From: an uncultured virus (IMG/VR IMGVR_UViG_3300033141_005858)
Lineage: Duplodnaviria; Heunggongvirae; Uroviricota; Caudoviricetes
Strand: one strand, 5' to 3'
Virus record (IMG/VR): IMGVR_UViG_3300033141_005858
DNA length: 20,000 nt
Every line of letters begins with the position of its first letter. Within the stretch, counting starts at the first letter, position 1. A program made the translations under genes and the position numbers. Positions 7,768 through 16,692 of the stretch are shown piece by piece. The notes below the pieces were generated by a model, which worked only from the letters and a program-made list of their open reading frames with translations, did no database searches and was not told the origin of the DNA.

Positions 7768-7974
7768 TTAATGATAAAAAACAAGATTAGTCAAAACCAG
7801 TTCAGCAGTCGGAGAAACAACTTCCCAAAATGGTGTTGTGATAAGATACCCATTTGGAACCATACTTACTTCTGCAACTACCCCTTTTATGTATTCGAAT
7901 TTAAGCACCTCCCCCATCCTTAAATCTTTTAACCTCTTCTTAAATTCATTTTTGTCTTTGGTGACTGTAACCAT
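7768..7974 (-). CDS. Hypothetical protein
   Basis: 68 aa with a GAGG RBS; in the operon. Confidence 0.6.
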   Translation of the reverse strand: MVTVTKDKNEFKKRLKDLRMGEVLKFEYIKGVVAEVSMVPNGYLITTPFWEVVSPTAELVLTNLVFYH

Positions 7975-7983
7975 TGTCTCACC

Positions 7984-8205
7984 TCACTTAGAGCCTTTAC
8001 TCCAGTTAACCCAACCAATAATATTTATAATAATAAAATAAATCTGTGCTAAAAGAATAAGATATAACCCTTTCATGATGTATAGAGAAATCCAAGCAGG
8101 ACTACCAATAAGAAATACTAACCACCCAACTCTTTTCTTGCGTGCTATTAATAATGCTCCGATTCCGGTAGCAATTAATGCCACAATTTCTAATATAATA
8201 AGCAT
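7984..8205 (-). CDS. Small PnuC/SemiSWEET-like membrane protein
   Basis: Three hydrophobic segments: LIARKKRVGWLVFLIG...W...QIYFIIINIIGWVNW. Confidence 0.65.
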   Translation of the reverse strand: MLIILEIVALIATGIGALLIARKKRVGWLVFLIGSPAWISLYIMKGLYLILLAQIYFIIINIIGWVNWSKGSK

Positions 8206-8273
8206 TCCTTACTCCTTTAGATACCTTCTTCCTTATATCTTTAAATTATAAATTCAGCTCCTAAAGCTCTTTA

Positions 8274-8302
8274 TATATACCGCTCTAAAATAAAAAATGC
8301 AA
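8274..8302 (-). promoter_or_regulatory. Putative sigma70 promoter driving the array-tasH-polA operon
   Basis: Minus strand TTGCAT-17 nt-TATATA in an intergenic gap. Confidence 0.5.
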
Positions 8303-8306
8303 AAAT

Positions 8307-9245
8307 TCACCAAAAAAGTATCAAAAAATAAATTACGTCTTGAAATTGTGAATAATTTAATAAACGAATAACTAAACTTGCTTTCCGGTAAAGACTTTGT
8401 AAATCATAAAGCTCGGCTTGCTTTTTCAACCTTTGATATGTATATAATGACTTTAAACCCAACTCTGCTAAATTTTTCTTTTCCTTTTCACTTTTCTGAC
8501 TCCGGATCTCAATAAATAATAAAAGCCGCGCTAACAAAATCTTTAAAAATCTTCTAACAGCAATACTTCTCAAATACTTATAATAACGATTCAATAACCT
8601 ATGCTTTCCATGCTGTAAAAAATAATCTACAAGAAATAATTCTTGGTCTGCTCCAGACAAATCTAAACGCATAAGCGCCTCTCTCGTGAATGTTTTACAA
8701 TTTATGGGAGTCAACATCTTAAAAGTCGATAAAACTAGCTCATACGAAAATTCTGTGGCTAAATAAGCAACTGCATCAGAAGTCAGATCTATTTCTCCTA
8801 TCTTCGCCCTTTTTTCTATAAAATCTTTCAATGCTTCAAAAGTCCCTGGCTTCGGACTACAATCAAGAAAACAAATTTTCTTGTCTTTCTTATAATTATC
8901 CATATACAGCTTCTTAAACTCTTTACTCTGATTAGAAACAAAAATAAAAATATAAGGCAATTCCTTACATTTATTGATCATCCTTTTTGTTTCTTCTCGA
9001 TCATACCCGGCTTCTCCCCAATGAATAATTCGAAGATTATAGACTCCGCTCTTAGATGCTATAAAATACCACGCAATCTCATCTAAAAAGAAAACTGCCC
9101 GGTTTAACTTAATACCCTTTCGTTTATACTTTTCCTGAATCAAATATAAACAGTCTTGTACCGCTAACGAATTCTCTCCCTCAATCATATAAACATTCTG
9201 CCGAATAGACGAATTCCAATAATTAATAAATTGCTTATAAGTCAC
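8307..9245 (-). CDS. DNA polymerase III delta (HolA)-like clamp-loader subunit
   Basis: NVYMIEGENSLAVQDCLYLIQ resembles the HolA N-terminus. FIEKRAKIGEIDLTSDAVAYL resembles the lid. ELGLKSLYTYQRLKKQAELY resembles the C-terminal collar. Size 312 aa fits. Confidence 0.65.
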   Translation of the reverse strand: MTYKQFINYWNSSIRQNVYMIEGENSLAVQDCLYLIQEKYKRKGIKLNRAVFFLDEIAWYFIASKSGVYNLRIIHWGEAGYDREETKRMINKCKELPYIFIFVSNQSKEFKKLYMDNYKKDKKICFLDCSPKPGTFEALKDFIEKRAKIGEIDLTSDAVAYLATEFSYELVLSTFKMLTPINCKTFTREALMRLDLSGADQELFLVDYFLQHGKHRLLNRYYKYLRSIAVRRFLKILLARLLLFIEIRSQKSEKEKKNLAELGLKSLYTYQRLKKQAELYDLQSLYRKASLVIRLLNYSQFQDVIYFLILFW

Positions 9246-9550
9246 TCAGAAACTCCATGAAACTTATATAAAACAATCCAACTAAAAAATAATTTTGGGT
9301 CGAAAGGAGCAGCAAAACTATCCCAAACTTTTACAAATTTAGTATTCCTCATAAAAGAACATAAATTCAACTCTTCCTCTGAAAAATGCTCAGACCTTGA
9401 ATACCACAATTTAAACCAATAATAATGATCTTGATCTACTTTATCCAAAAACGCACTCACAGCATTAAACTGAGTCCTATTAATCATATCCACTTTGCGT
9501 AAAAACTCAATAAGTGCCTCTCGTTTTGAAACTTGCTTTGTATCTACCAT
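9242..9550 (-). CDS. Hypothetical protein
   Basis: 102 aa, GGAG RBS, ATGA overlap with the holA-like gene. Confidence 0.6.
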   Translation of the reverse strand: MVDTKQVSKREALIEFLRKVDMINRTQFNAVSAFLDKVDQDHYYWFKLWYSRSEHFSEEELNLCSFMRNTKFVKVWDSFAAPFDPKLFFSWIVLYKFHGVSE

Positions 9551-9559
9551 AAAAATCTC

Positions 9560-10096
9560 CTACCGGTACAATGAAAGCTTCTGCCGCATCGCCTTTAAAG
9601 CCAACCGAACACTCTCTCTTGAAACCCCCAATTCTTTAGCTATTTTCGAATTTATTACTCTGCCCTCTTCAAGAACACAAAAAAGAAGTTTTCCTAAAAG
9701 GATTCCTAAATCAATATTATATGCAATCTGACCAGATAGAATTTCTTTATAACAACAGATCTGACTCATCATTTCTTCCCAATCTACAAAAGAATCCTTT
9801 ACAGTTTTTTCATTTTTAATGCCTTCTGATATTCCCACAACAGTTCTCCTTTCCTTTGAAAGCTTTTCACGAATACTATAACATTTTTTTCTTACATAGC
9901 TGGAAAAAAATGCCTCCAGACTTCCTTTTCGTTTATCAAAAGTAGACTTAAAACTTTTACTGCATAAAAGAAAATCTGAAGTTATATCGTGTGCTATTTC
10001 TCTTATCTCAAATAAATCCACGCCGGAAACCGATCTCGAAACAACTCCAACCGCAATCGGTTTCAAATTTGTGTAAAGACCAGCATAATTAATCAA
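9560..10096 (-). CDS. Sigma70-like factor / HTH transcription regulator
   Basis: Region 2-like FDKRKGSLEAFFSSYVR and region 4 HTH NSKIAKELGVSRESVR. TTG start behind AAGGAG. Confidence 0.7.
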   Translation of the reverse strand: MINYAGLYTNLKPIAVGVVSRSVSGVDLFEIREIAHDITSDFLLCSKSFKSTFDKRKGSLEAFFSSYVRKKCYSIREKLSKERRTVVGISEGIKNEKTVKDSFVDWEEMMSQICCYKEILSGQIAYNIDLGILLGKLLFCVLEEGRVINSKIAKELGVSRESVRLALKAMRQKLSLYR

Positions 10097-10132
10097 TTTG
10101 TGTCTCCTTTAAAATTTAGTGGTTCGCCTATA

Positions 10133-10161
10133 ATTCTAGTCTCTTTAAAAATCAAAATCAA
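10133..10161 (-). promoter_or_regulatory. Putative sigma70 promoter
   Basis: Minus strand TTGATT-17 nt-TAGAAT upstream of the sigma-like gene. Confidence 0.5.
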
Positions 10162-10272
10162 GGAAAGACTAAAATTAAATCTTCTCATAAGTCTCTTATT
10201 TAAAACAAGTTACATCAAATTAAATTTTTTTCAAAATTTAGGCAGTAAAAATCCTCTCAACCTAATTGACCA

Positions 10273-10539
10273 CTAACGTTCTTTAATAAAAGCAATATTT
10301 TCGGCAGGAACATCTATTTTAGAATTATCAGGACTAAGATAAAACTGGACCCACCAGGGACCTATATATTCTTCATCAGACCTCCTCCTAAAATATCGAT
10401 ACCCATCTGCATACAAAACCATAGGTGTCCCAGTTTCTGGATTTTCCTTTGGCTCTTTCAAACAAATAATTAACCTTGCCTTAGAAGGATCTCCATAACC
10501 ATACTTAGTTAAACCGGAATTTGATTCTGATTCATTCAT
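10273..10539 (-). CDS. Hypothetical protein
   Basis: 88 aa with an AAGGAG RBS. Confidence 0.6.
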   Translation of the reverse strand: MNESESNSGLTKYGYGDPSKARLIICLKEPKENPETGTPMVLYADGYRYFRRRSDEEYIGPWWVQFYLSPDNSKIDVPAENIAFIKER

Positions 10540-10550
10540 GTTCTCTCTCC

Positions 10551-10916
10551 TTATTTATATTGAAAATGAAAAATATCATTTAATTCCCAATCTCCACCCC
10601 AAGTCCCTTTAAATATTTTCTTCCAAAGAGAACCAAGGCTCTCGTAATCCGAAGTACGTTCCCAAACACAAGCACCATCTTTCACTATAGCTAAATCAAT
10701 AGCAAGCCAATCTTGATGAAAAGACCGCCTCACCACCCCATCACAATTTGTTACTATTCTCCCCGGTTCTGTACGTCCCTGGGCATATCTCGCGACCTGC
10801 TGTTCCTTTGTACGATGGAAGGTGGTTATTATGAACCTAATCCCCAACACCTGTGCCATAACTGTAAAAAGAGCAAACTTCTGAAAAAATATAACACGTT
10901 TTATTGTATTACTCAT
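10551..10916 (-). CDS. Peptidase M15 family endolysin (L-Ala-D-Glu peptidase-like)
   Basis: RTKEQQ..YAQGRT.PG.IVT, SFHQDWLAIDL, WGGDW...DIFHFQ. Start is 10916 or slightly upstream. Confidence 0.88.
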   Translation of the reverse strand: MSNTIKRVIFFQKFALFTVMAQVLGIRFIITTFHRTKEQQVARYAQGRTEPGRIVTNCDGVVRRSFHQDWLAIDLAIVKDGACVWERTSDYESLGSLWKKIFKGTWGGDWELNDIFHFQYK

Positions 10917-11097
10917 GGGCTTTCTTGCGTCTTTCATAACCAACCAAATGAGTAGAAACCCTATGTTCGCCTTTCCCCTTGCTATACCAACCGGCTCTAC
11001 AGCGCTTATGTACTCTTTGATAAGGATTACAAGTAACTAACCTTTTACCACAATACCAACAATACCTATAAAAAACTCGTTTCTCTTCCTTCTTCAT
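10909..11097 (-). CDS. Small Zn-finger-like hypothetical protein
   Basis: CWYCG...HKRC. Confidence 0.5.
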   Translation of the reverse strand: MKKEEKRVFYRYCWYCGKRLVTCNPYQRVHKRCRAGWYSKGKGEHRVSTHLVGYERRKKAHE

Positions 11098-11100
11098 AAT

Positions 11101-11442
11101 TTAAGATTTATTAAACTCAACCTTAAAAAGAATACCCATAATTAAAGTCAAAACCGCAATAAGAGACTCTACAGGAAGATTTAATTCAAAAGATTCATTT
11201 GCGACAACAAGGAGTGCTGAAACAAGACCTAACCAAAATTTAGGATCTCCAAATTTATTAGCCTGCTTTTTTAAAGTCGCTAAATCTAACTTAGCCTCTA
11301 ATAAAACATAGACCAAAAGTGAAGAAATCCCTGCAATTACTGCGGTCGGGTCAATAGAAAGACCAAACTGCTTATCAAAATACGTAATAACCGCTCCTAA
11401 CAATGCAACCACAGTTGCTATTGTTTTTCGACTAATATTCAT
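11101..11442 (-). CDS. Holin-like membrane protein
   Basis: Four TM segments in two internally similar halves (SRKTIATVVALL / DPKFWLGLVSALL); next to the endolysin. Confidence 0.6.
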   Translation of the reverse strand: MNISRKTIATVVALLGAVITYFDKQFGLSIDPTAVIAGISSLLVYVLLEAKLDLATLKKQANKFGDPKFWLGLVSALLVVANESFELNLPVESLIAVLTLIMGILFKVEFNKS

Positions 11443-11458
11443 TTTTTTCTCCTTTCAT

Positions 11459-11809
11459 TCATTTTAAATAATTATCAATTAATCTGTCAAGGGTTCTACT
11501 CCAACCCGGAGCTATTTTTTTAAATAATAACCAATTTAAGTAATGACTAAATTCATGAAAAACTAATCTCGAAGTCTTCCATAAATTCTTCTGCTTCGTT
11601 ATTAAAATTAAAGGATTTTTGTAAGAAATATTAACAAAAAAACCACCAGCAATTTTAACTTTTTTTCCTAGAACAATGCCCACATTCTCACAGCTATAAT
11701 TTTTTAAATCCACCCAAGTTCTTAAATAAAAAACACTTTCACGCATTCTCATTTTCAAAACTCCAGTGGTTTCTGGCTCCTGTATAATAAATCTTGGAAG
11801 CTTCTTCAT
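11459..11809 (-). CDS. Putative zincin-like metallopeptidase
   Basis: HExxH motif (VFHEFSHY). Confidence 0.5.
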   Translation of the reverse strand: MKKLPRFIIQEPETTGVLKMRMRESVFYLRTWVDLKNYSCENVGIVLGKKVKIAGGFFVNISYKNPLILITKQKNLWKTSRLVFHEFSHYLNWLLFKKIAPGWSRTLDRLIDNYLK

Positions 11810-11823
11810 TTAACAACTCTCCT

Positions 11824-12546
11824 TTACTTCTTAAATTCACCATACTTTTTTTCCACCGATAACGCATACCTCAAACTAGCCTTTGGTGTTCCCTTATCAT
11901 AAGCTTCCATCAAACTAGAAACCGCACGAGTACCCCAATTATAACGACTCAATGCCAACTTCCAATCATCTTTTGAAGCAACACCAAAAGCTATAAAACG
12001 CCTCTGTAACGTAATTAAACAATTAACCCCAATCATAAAATTCATAACAGGGTCTTTTAAATAAGAAATAACCTCCTCTCTAGACAAACCCGGCATATTA
12101 AAATTCTTCTCAAGAACCCCAGTAGCAGTCAAAGGCATAACCTGCATTAAACCAATAGCCCCCACATAACTCTCAGCCATAGGATTAAAACCACTCTCAA
12201 CCTCAATAACAGAAAAAATTTTCCAATAATCTAAACCAAGAGGATATGTTGTCCCTGAGGATCCATATTCCTTATGATATTTATAGGTCTTAACTGATAA
12301 ATCCCTGATTTCTTGATGAGACAAATATTCTCCGGCTTTAGAAAACCAAATATCCTCTATAACCTGATAAAGCATTATATCATCACTAACTTCTTTAAAA
12401 GATTCTATTTTAGTTACCAGGTTATTGTTTTTTTCCTCCAACCCTTCTAACCTATGGCTAACAAAGTAAAAACATAACAATGAAGCAAAAATTAAAAGAA
12501 AAAACAAAACAACCAAAATACCCATAAACACATCTCTCTTATTCAT
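11824..12546 (-). CDS. Lytic transglycosylase (SLT domain) with N-terminal membrane anchor
   Basis: IEVESGFNPMAES..GAIGLMQVMP.T, DPVMN, ALSRYNWG. Confidence 0.9.
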   Translation of the reverse strand: MNKRDVFMGILVVLFFLLIFASLLCFYFVSHRLEGLEEKNNNLVTKIESFKEVSDDIMLYQVIEDIWFSKAGEYLSHQEIRDLSVKTYKYHKEYGSSGTTYPLGLDYWKIFSVIEVESGFNPMAESYVGAIGLMQVMPLTATGVLEKNFNMPGLSREEVISYLKDPVMNFMIGVNCLITLQRRFIAFGVASKDDWKLALSRYNWGTRAVSSLMEAYDKGTPKASLRYALSVEKKYGEFKK

Positions 12547-13091
12547 CTTATAGCCTCCAAATCAAGATCACTTTCAACTTCATCCCCCCAAACATCCCAA
12601 CCATACCGCCTCTCTCTAGCAAAAAGCTCTATTTTATTAAAACCCTCTCTATCAGATACTTTATTAATAAAATGAATAAGCATAAGAGGCTTCTCTGAAT
12701 GCCGCGACCCCCTCGGAGCTAAAATAGCAGTCCTTCCCTGTTGTCTTTTACCATCCACTACTTTGTAAGGGAGCATACCTCGAACACCAAATAAACAATG
12801 CTCAGTCTGCCCCCTAAAATATTGACCTAAGCCTATTCTATCCTTCACCCACGTAATTATAGTCTTATAATCAAAACCCCAGGCTTTCATAACTTTTAAA
12901 CCATCTGGCAGAAAATTATTAGTAACCCACAAATACAAATGACAATTATCATCGGCAATCTTTGCTACTGGCAATTTAATAATATCCTCTGTCTTCATCA
13001 AAGAATAATGCCTATCGGCTCCTCTCTTTATACGACCTCCCCCTCTTTCATACCATGGAGGATCCGCATAAATAATCTGATATTTTTTCAT
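12543..13091 (-). CDS. MT-A70 family N6-adenine methyltransferase
   Basis: IIYADPPW, LYLWVTN, WGF.YKT.ITWVK, EHCLFG, HSEKP, IELFAR, GWDVWGDE. Confidence 0.92.
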   Translation of the reverse strand: MKKYQIIYADPPWYERGGGRIKRGADRHYSLMKTEDIIKLPVAKIADDNCHLYLWVTNNFLPDGLKVMKAWGFDYKTIITWVKDRIGLGQYFRGQTEHCLFGVRGMLPYKVVDGKRQQGRTAILAPRGSRHSEKPLMLIHFINKVSDREGFNKIELFARERRYGWDVWGDEVESDLDLEAIR

Positions 13092-13094
13092 CTC

Positions 13095-14429
13095 TCATCC
13101 TTTCATTTCTTCTATTAATTGTTTCATATAAGCATGACCACTAAGCTCTTTATTATAAAGATAAGGTTTTACTTCTTTATCAATAAAATCTAATCGAATT
13201 GGATACCTCCAAGTCACTCCCTTTGTCGGATGCACTCCATAAAATAACTGAGTCGGTCTATCATAAGTAAATAGTTTACTGAATGCATATTCTGTTCCAC
13301 CAATAACACTACCATTTAAAAGGATTTCTCCATTAACCTGATCTAGCTCTCCTGTATTATGAAAATGACCAAGGTTAACATAGTTCAGAATCTGATCCTT
13401 TCTCCCTACAACCTCCCGCAATTGAGCTGTCTTTCTCTGAATTCCATACCAAGGTACACCCGCCCAGCTTCTGATATTATCTCCATGAAGATTTAAGAAT
13501 AACCAATTATATATCTTCTTAGTCAAAAAGAAAGACTTAGGAAAACTACATTTAATTCTATTATTAACTGCTAGAAAAGTACCCATGAATTGATAGAAGA
13601 CATAATCCCAATTCACGTGTGGTCTTTTTGAAGGTTTCTTTTTTGTCAACCTTCCATGATTACCAACTACTCCATAAACCTCTACTTCAGGAAACACCTG
13701 AGACAATTCCAGGATCATTTGGGCTGTCACAAAAGAACCATTCAAAGTCTGAAAAATCACATCCTCAGAATTTTCAATTAGCTCTTGATGAATCAGACCA
13801 CTTACCATATCCCCAAGACAGAAAATAATCAGCCTAGGGATTTCCTGATTATTTAAGTAGTTAACTCTCAAATTATGAACCGCATGTGCAAGATATCTCA
13901 ACCTCTTATTCATAATCAAAAAGTCATACTCACCCAAACCAATCATGGCTTCTCTGTCTACAATCTCTCCAGTATGAAGGTCGCTTAATAACAAAACCGC
14001 AGTCTCTTCCGTCTTTACCCGCTGCTTATCTGGTACCCACTTCAATTCAACACTAGGAAGTGCCTTTACTTCTTCCTTTATAGTATTAACCAAACGCTCT
14101 TCTAAAGAGAGCTCTCTAGTTATTGCAGTATACTTATCAGATAACAACTTTAACTTATCCTTTAAATCTTGAATTGTGCGGTCTCTTTCAACCCGCCTTT
14201 TCACAGGAAGCTTCTCCTCCTTTTCCAATAACCGCTTCTTCTCTACCGGCACCCTTCCCATATAAGAAATTCCATTTTTATTTAAAAATTTATTTATTCC
14301 CTCTATTGTCCTAGGAGGAAATTTTTTATTCTTGTTATGCTCTTTCATAATATCCTTAGGATGCAACCCCTTCTCATTTAAAGAAAGAACAAATTTCTTT
14401 TCTTCAAAAGTCCAATGAGCACCAGCCAT
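13095..14429 (-). CDS. Calcineurin-like metallophosphoesterase with N-terminal HTH/coiled coil
   Basis: SDLH, LGD, GNHG, HGD, GHFH motifs. Confidence 0.85.
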   Translation of the reverse strand: MAGAHWTFEEKKFVLSLNEKGLHPKDIMKEHNKNKKFPPRTIEGINKFLNKNGISYMGRVPVEKKRLLEKEEKLPVKRRVERDRTIQDLKDKLKLLSDKYTAITRELSLEERLVNTIKEEVKALPSVELKWVPDKQRVKTEETAVLLLSDLHTGEIVDREAMIGLGEYDFLIMNKRLRYLAHAVHNLRVNYLNNQEIPRLIIFCLGDMVSGLIHQELIENSEDVIFQTLNGSFVTAQMILELSQVFPEVEVYGVVGNHGRLTKKKPSKRPHVNWDYVFYQFMGTFLAVNNRIKCSFPKSFFLTKKIYNWLFLNLHGDNIRSWAGVPWYGIQRKTAQLREVVGRKDQILNYVNLGHFHNTGELDQVNGEILLNGSVIGGTEYAFSKLFTYDRPTQLFYGVHPTKGVTWRYPIRLDFIDKEVKPYLYNKELSGHAYMKQLIEEMKG

Positions 14430-14446
14430 AAGATCTTCTCCTTAAC

Positions 14447-14707
14447 TTATTTTTTATACAGTCTCTCATAAATAGCCAGCTTCTCTTTTAAATTTTCATT
14501 TTCAAGTTGTATCCAATAAAACTTTTGAACAAAACCCTCACTTACTTCCCAATGACCATTCTCCATCTTTCCAAAAACCTTAACTTCTCCCACAGGCACC
14601 AAGACTACCCTAGACTCCCGACAACTTCCGATTAATAAGCTGATTAATAGTATCAGCATCACCGGACCGTAGAGCTTCCATAAACTTCTGTTTTTCTTTC
14701 TTATCAT
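14447..14707 (-). CDS. Putative lipoprotein (o-spanin-like)
   Basis: Basic N-terminus, hydrophobic stretch, then LIGSC lipobox-like motif. Overlaps the upstream ORF by 98 bp in another frame. Confidence 0.5.
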   Translation of the reverse strand: MIRKKNRSLWKLYGPVMLILLISLLIGSCRESRVVLVPVGEVKVFGKMENGHWEVSEGFVQKFYWIQLENENLKEKLAIYERLYKK

Positions 14708-14819
14708 CTTTTCCTATCTCCCCTAAAGCATTAATTAATTTTTCAGAAACTTCTGGTTTTAAAATGCTTAAAATTTGAGATATTAATTTAGAAATTTCAC
14801 CTATAGGCAGGGCTTGCAT
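14610..14819 (-). CDS. Hypothetical protein (possible spanin partner)
   Basis: 69 aa, GGAG RBS, first gene after the promoter gap. Confidence 0.5.
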   Translation of the reverse strand: MQALPIGEISKLISQILSILKPEVSEKLINALGEIGKDDKKEKQKFMEALRSGDADTINQLINRKLSGV

Positions 14820-14847
14820 TTAAAATTCTCCATTACTTCTCTACTTA

Positions 14848-14920
14848 TTAATACCTTAATTTTTTAATTTTTGCAAATTTTTATTTTTTTATTGAAAATT
14901 TAATCACAAAAACGTATTAT
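14848..14920. promoter_or_regulatory. Divergent sigma70-type promoters
   Basis: + strand TTGAAA(14892)-17-TATTAT(14915). Minus strand TTGCAA(14876)-17-TATTAA(14853). Confidence 0.5.
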
Positions 14921-14967
14921 AAAAATAGAGCAAAGAGGGAGTAAAAAATGTTTAAAATTGAACTCCG

Positions 14968-15420
14968 ATGCTTAAAAAAATTATTGGTTTTCTGGTTATC
15001 AAACTTCTGGTCATCTCCTGGTGCCCAGCTATGCAACAGGTACTCTATTCCTCCTGGCTTAATTTATATGCAGAACCCTTTAAAAATCCATTTGAAACCG
15101 TCATAATAATTACCAAAAAAGGAGATGTTTTTTATTTCTCAAACCACCTCGACTCAACTGTTCGCCTTCCATTAGAAAACCTCATACAAACTCTTAAACA
15201 AAAAAATTCCAAAATTGAAGATATTATTCTTATAATACATAACCATTTTAGAAATCCAAACCCCTCCCCTGGCGATAAAGCTTACCTAAGATCTTTAATC
15301 AATAAAGGATTCCATGGATTTTTTGGTGTTTACCACACCCCCACCAAAACTATTAAATGGGTAAAATATAAAAAACGCCCTGAATCGCTTTCTAACGAAC
15401 AAACTCAAAACATTAGGTAG
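14968..15420 (+). CDS. JAB/MPN (RadC-like) domain protein with signal-peptide-like N-terminus
   Basis: E...IIHNHFRNPNPSPGD JAMM-like motif. Only convincing internal + strand gene. Confidence 0.7.
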   Translation: MLKKIIGFLVIKLLVISWCPAMQQVLYSSWLNLYAEPFKNPFETVIIITKKGDVFYFSNHLDSTVRLPLENLIQTLKQKNSKIEDIILIIHNHFRNPNPSPGDKAYLRSLINKGFHGFFGVYHTPTKTIKWVKYKKRPESLSNEQTQNIR

Positions 15421-15483
15421 AAGAACATTACTATTAATATAAACTTCAACCCAAACCTTAAAAATAGAGGAAATTCCCACCAT

Positions 15484-15798
15484 TTATTCCTCTTCCTTCT
15501 TCTTTACTCGGTAAATCGTTTCTTCTTCTAATTCTTCCCCTTCACGTAATTGATATTTATCTCCAACACATTCTACAACTCTTAAACGTGTACGAGAATA
15601 TCTACTTCCATTAAAATCAAACAGCTCCATAAGCTCCCACAAGAACTCTTTCCTACCTTCAATATCCGGCTCCTTTAAATCAGTTTCAAATTTAAAAATT
15701 TGCCTCCTAGAAGGCTCTTCCCGCTCCTTCTCAATCATTAAAACCCCATTTACAGCCGTTATAAGTATTAAAACCATTTTAACTTTTCTCCTTCCCAA
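15484..15798 (-). CDS. Hypothetical protein
   Basis: ORF in the small-gene run; start may be ATG 15777. Confidence 0.55.
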   Translation of the reverse strand: MGRRKVKMVLILITAVNGVLMIEKEREEPSRRQIFKFETDLKEPDIEGRKEFLWELMELFDFNGSRYSRTRLRVVECVGDKYQLREGEELEEETIYRVKKKEEE

Positions 15799-16072
15799 AA
15801 ATCTTCTTCCTCAAGCTCTCCTCAGCCCTTCTCAACGCCGGCTTTCCTCCAATTCTGCCCTTTTTATAGTCTCTCCGCAACTGCCTCCGCCCTTCTTTAA
15901 AAATCTTATTTAACCTCCGTTTTGTCCTCTCTTTTTCTTTTAATAACCTCTGCTTTCGATGAACTTCTCTCCTCTCTTGTACTTCCTCAGGATGTGCTTT
16001 ATTCCACATCCTTTTCTCCATCATCCACTTTTTAAGTCTCTCCTTTTTTTCTTTTTTCTTTCTTCTTTTCAT
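15779..16072 (-). CDS. Highly basic hypothetical protein
   Basis: K/R/E-rich, 97 aa, AAGGAG RBS. Confidence 0.55.
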   Translation of the reverse strand: MKRRKKKEKKERLKKWMMEKRMWNKAHPEEVQERREVHRKQRLLKEKERTKRRLNKIFKEGRRQLRRDYKKGRIGGKPALRRAEESLRKKIFGKEKS

Positions 16073-16075
16073 TCA

Positions 16076-16270
16076 TCACTCCTTTTTCCCCATACTTTTG
16101 TTATTTTCATTCGATTTCTCCTTAAAGTTATCCCGAATATCACAAAGGACTTCTATGATAAATTCAAAACCCCATCGTAAAATCAATGCCATATCGGCAG
16201 TGTTTGTTCTACAGGAAGTTGTTTGTAAAAAACCACTTACTATTTCCTCTTTACTTCTTTGTTTAGTCAT
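16076..16270 (-). CDS. Hypothetical protein
   Basis: 64 aa, ATGA-coupled. Confidence 0.55.
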   Translation of the reverse strand: MTKQRSKEEIVSGFLQTTSCRTNTADMALILRWGFEFIIEVLCDIRDNFKEKSNENNKSMGKKE

Positions 16271-16689
16271 TTCTTGCCCCTTACCCTTTCATTCCATGCC
16301 TCTTTAGCACCCTGACTTGTATGTGCTTTCGGACCAAGAGCTCCACAATATTCACAACGAATTTGAATCGGTTCGATTTGTGGTTCCAAGAAAAAATTAA
16401 ATAATTTCTGCTTACGACTGCCACAAAATGGGCAAGGTTTTAATTCGATTTGTTTAGTCATTTTCATCTCCTTCTTGGGAGTTTTAACATACTGCGGAAA
16501 TCTGTAGGTGCAGTCTTGGCAATATACGTTTAGAAACTCGACCCCTGACCAGTCAGAATCACGATAAGGACTAAACACCCCCCCACCAATCTGGTATGTT
16601 CGTCGTGTTTTTCCACCGCACTTAGGACATTTAGGCGGATTCTCTGTAAAAGGAACCCTATCCTCTGGATAGTAAGTGTAATCACTCAT
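16267..16689 (-). CDS. Zn-ribbon protein with C-terminal Lar-like (restriction alleviation) domain
   Basis: CPKCG...CQDC, then ELKPCPFCGS...IRCEYCGA.GP...AKEAWNER. Confidence 0.7.
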   Translation of the reverse strand: MSDYTYYPEDRVPFTENPPKCPKCGGKTRRTYQIGGGVFSPYRDSDWSGVEFLNVYCQDCTYRFPQYVKTPKKEMKMTKQIELKPCPFCGSRKQKLFNFFLEPQIEPIQIRCEYCGALGPKAHTSQGAKEAWNERVRGKK

Positions 16690-16692
16690 TTT

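Noticed and set aside
7587..7790. + strand 67-aa ORF with 12-aa periodicity
   Set aside because: By-product of the 36-nt array read antisense; no RBS.
15295..15483. 62-aa minus-strand ORF
   Set aside because: Overlaps the JAB gene antisense by 126 bp and has no recognisable motif; cannot be supported.
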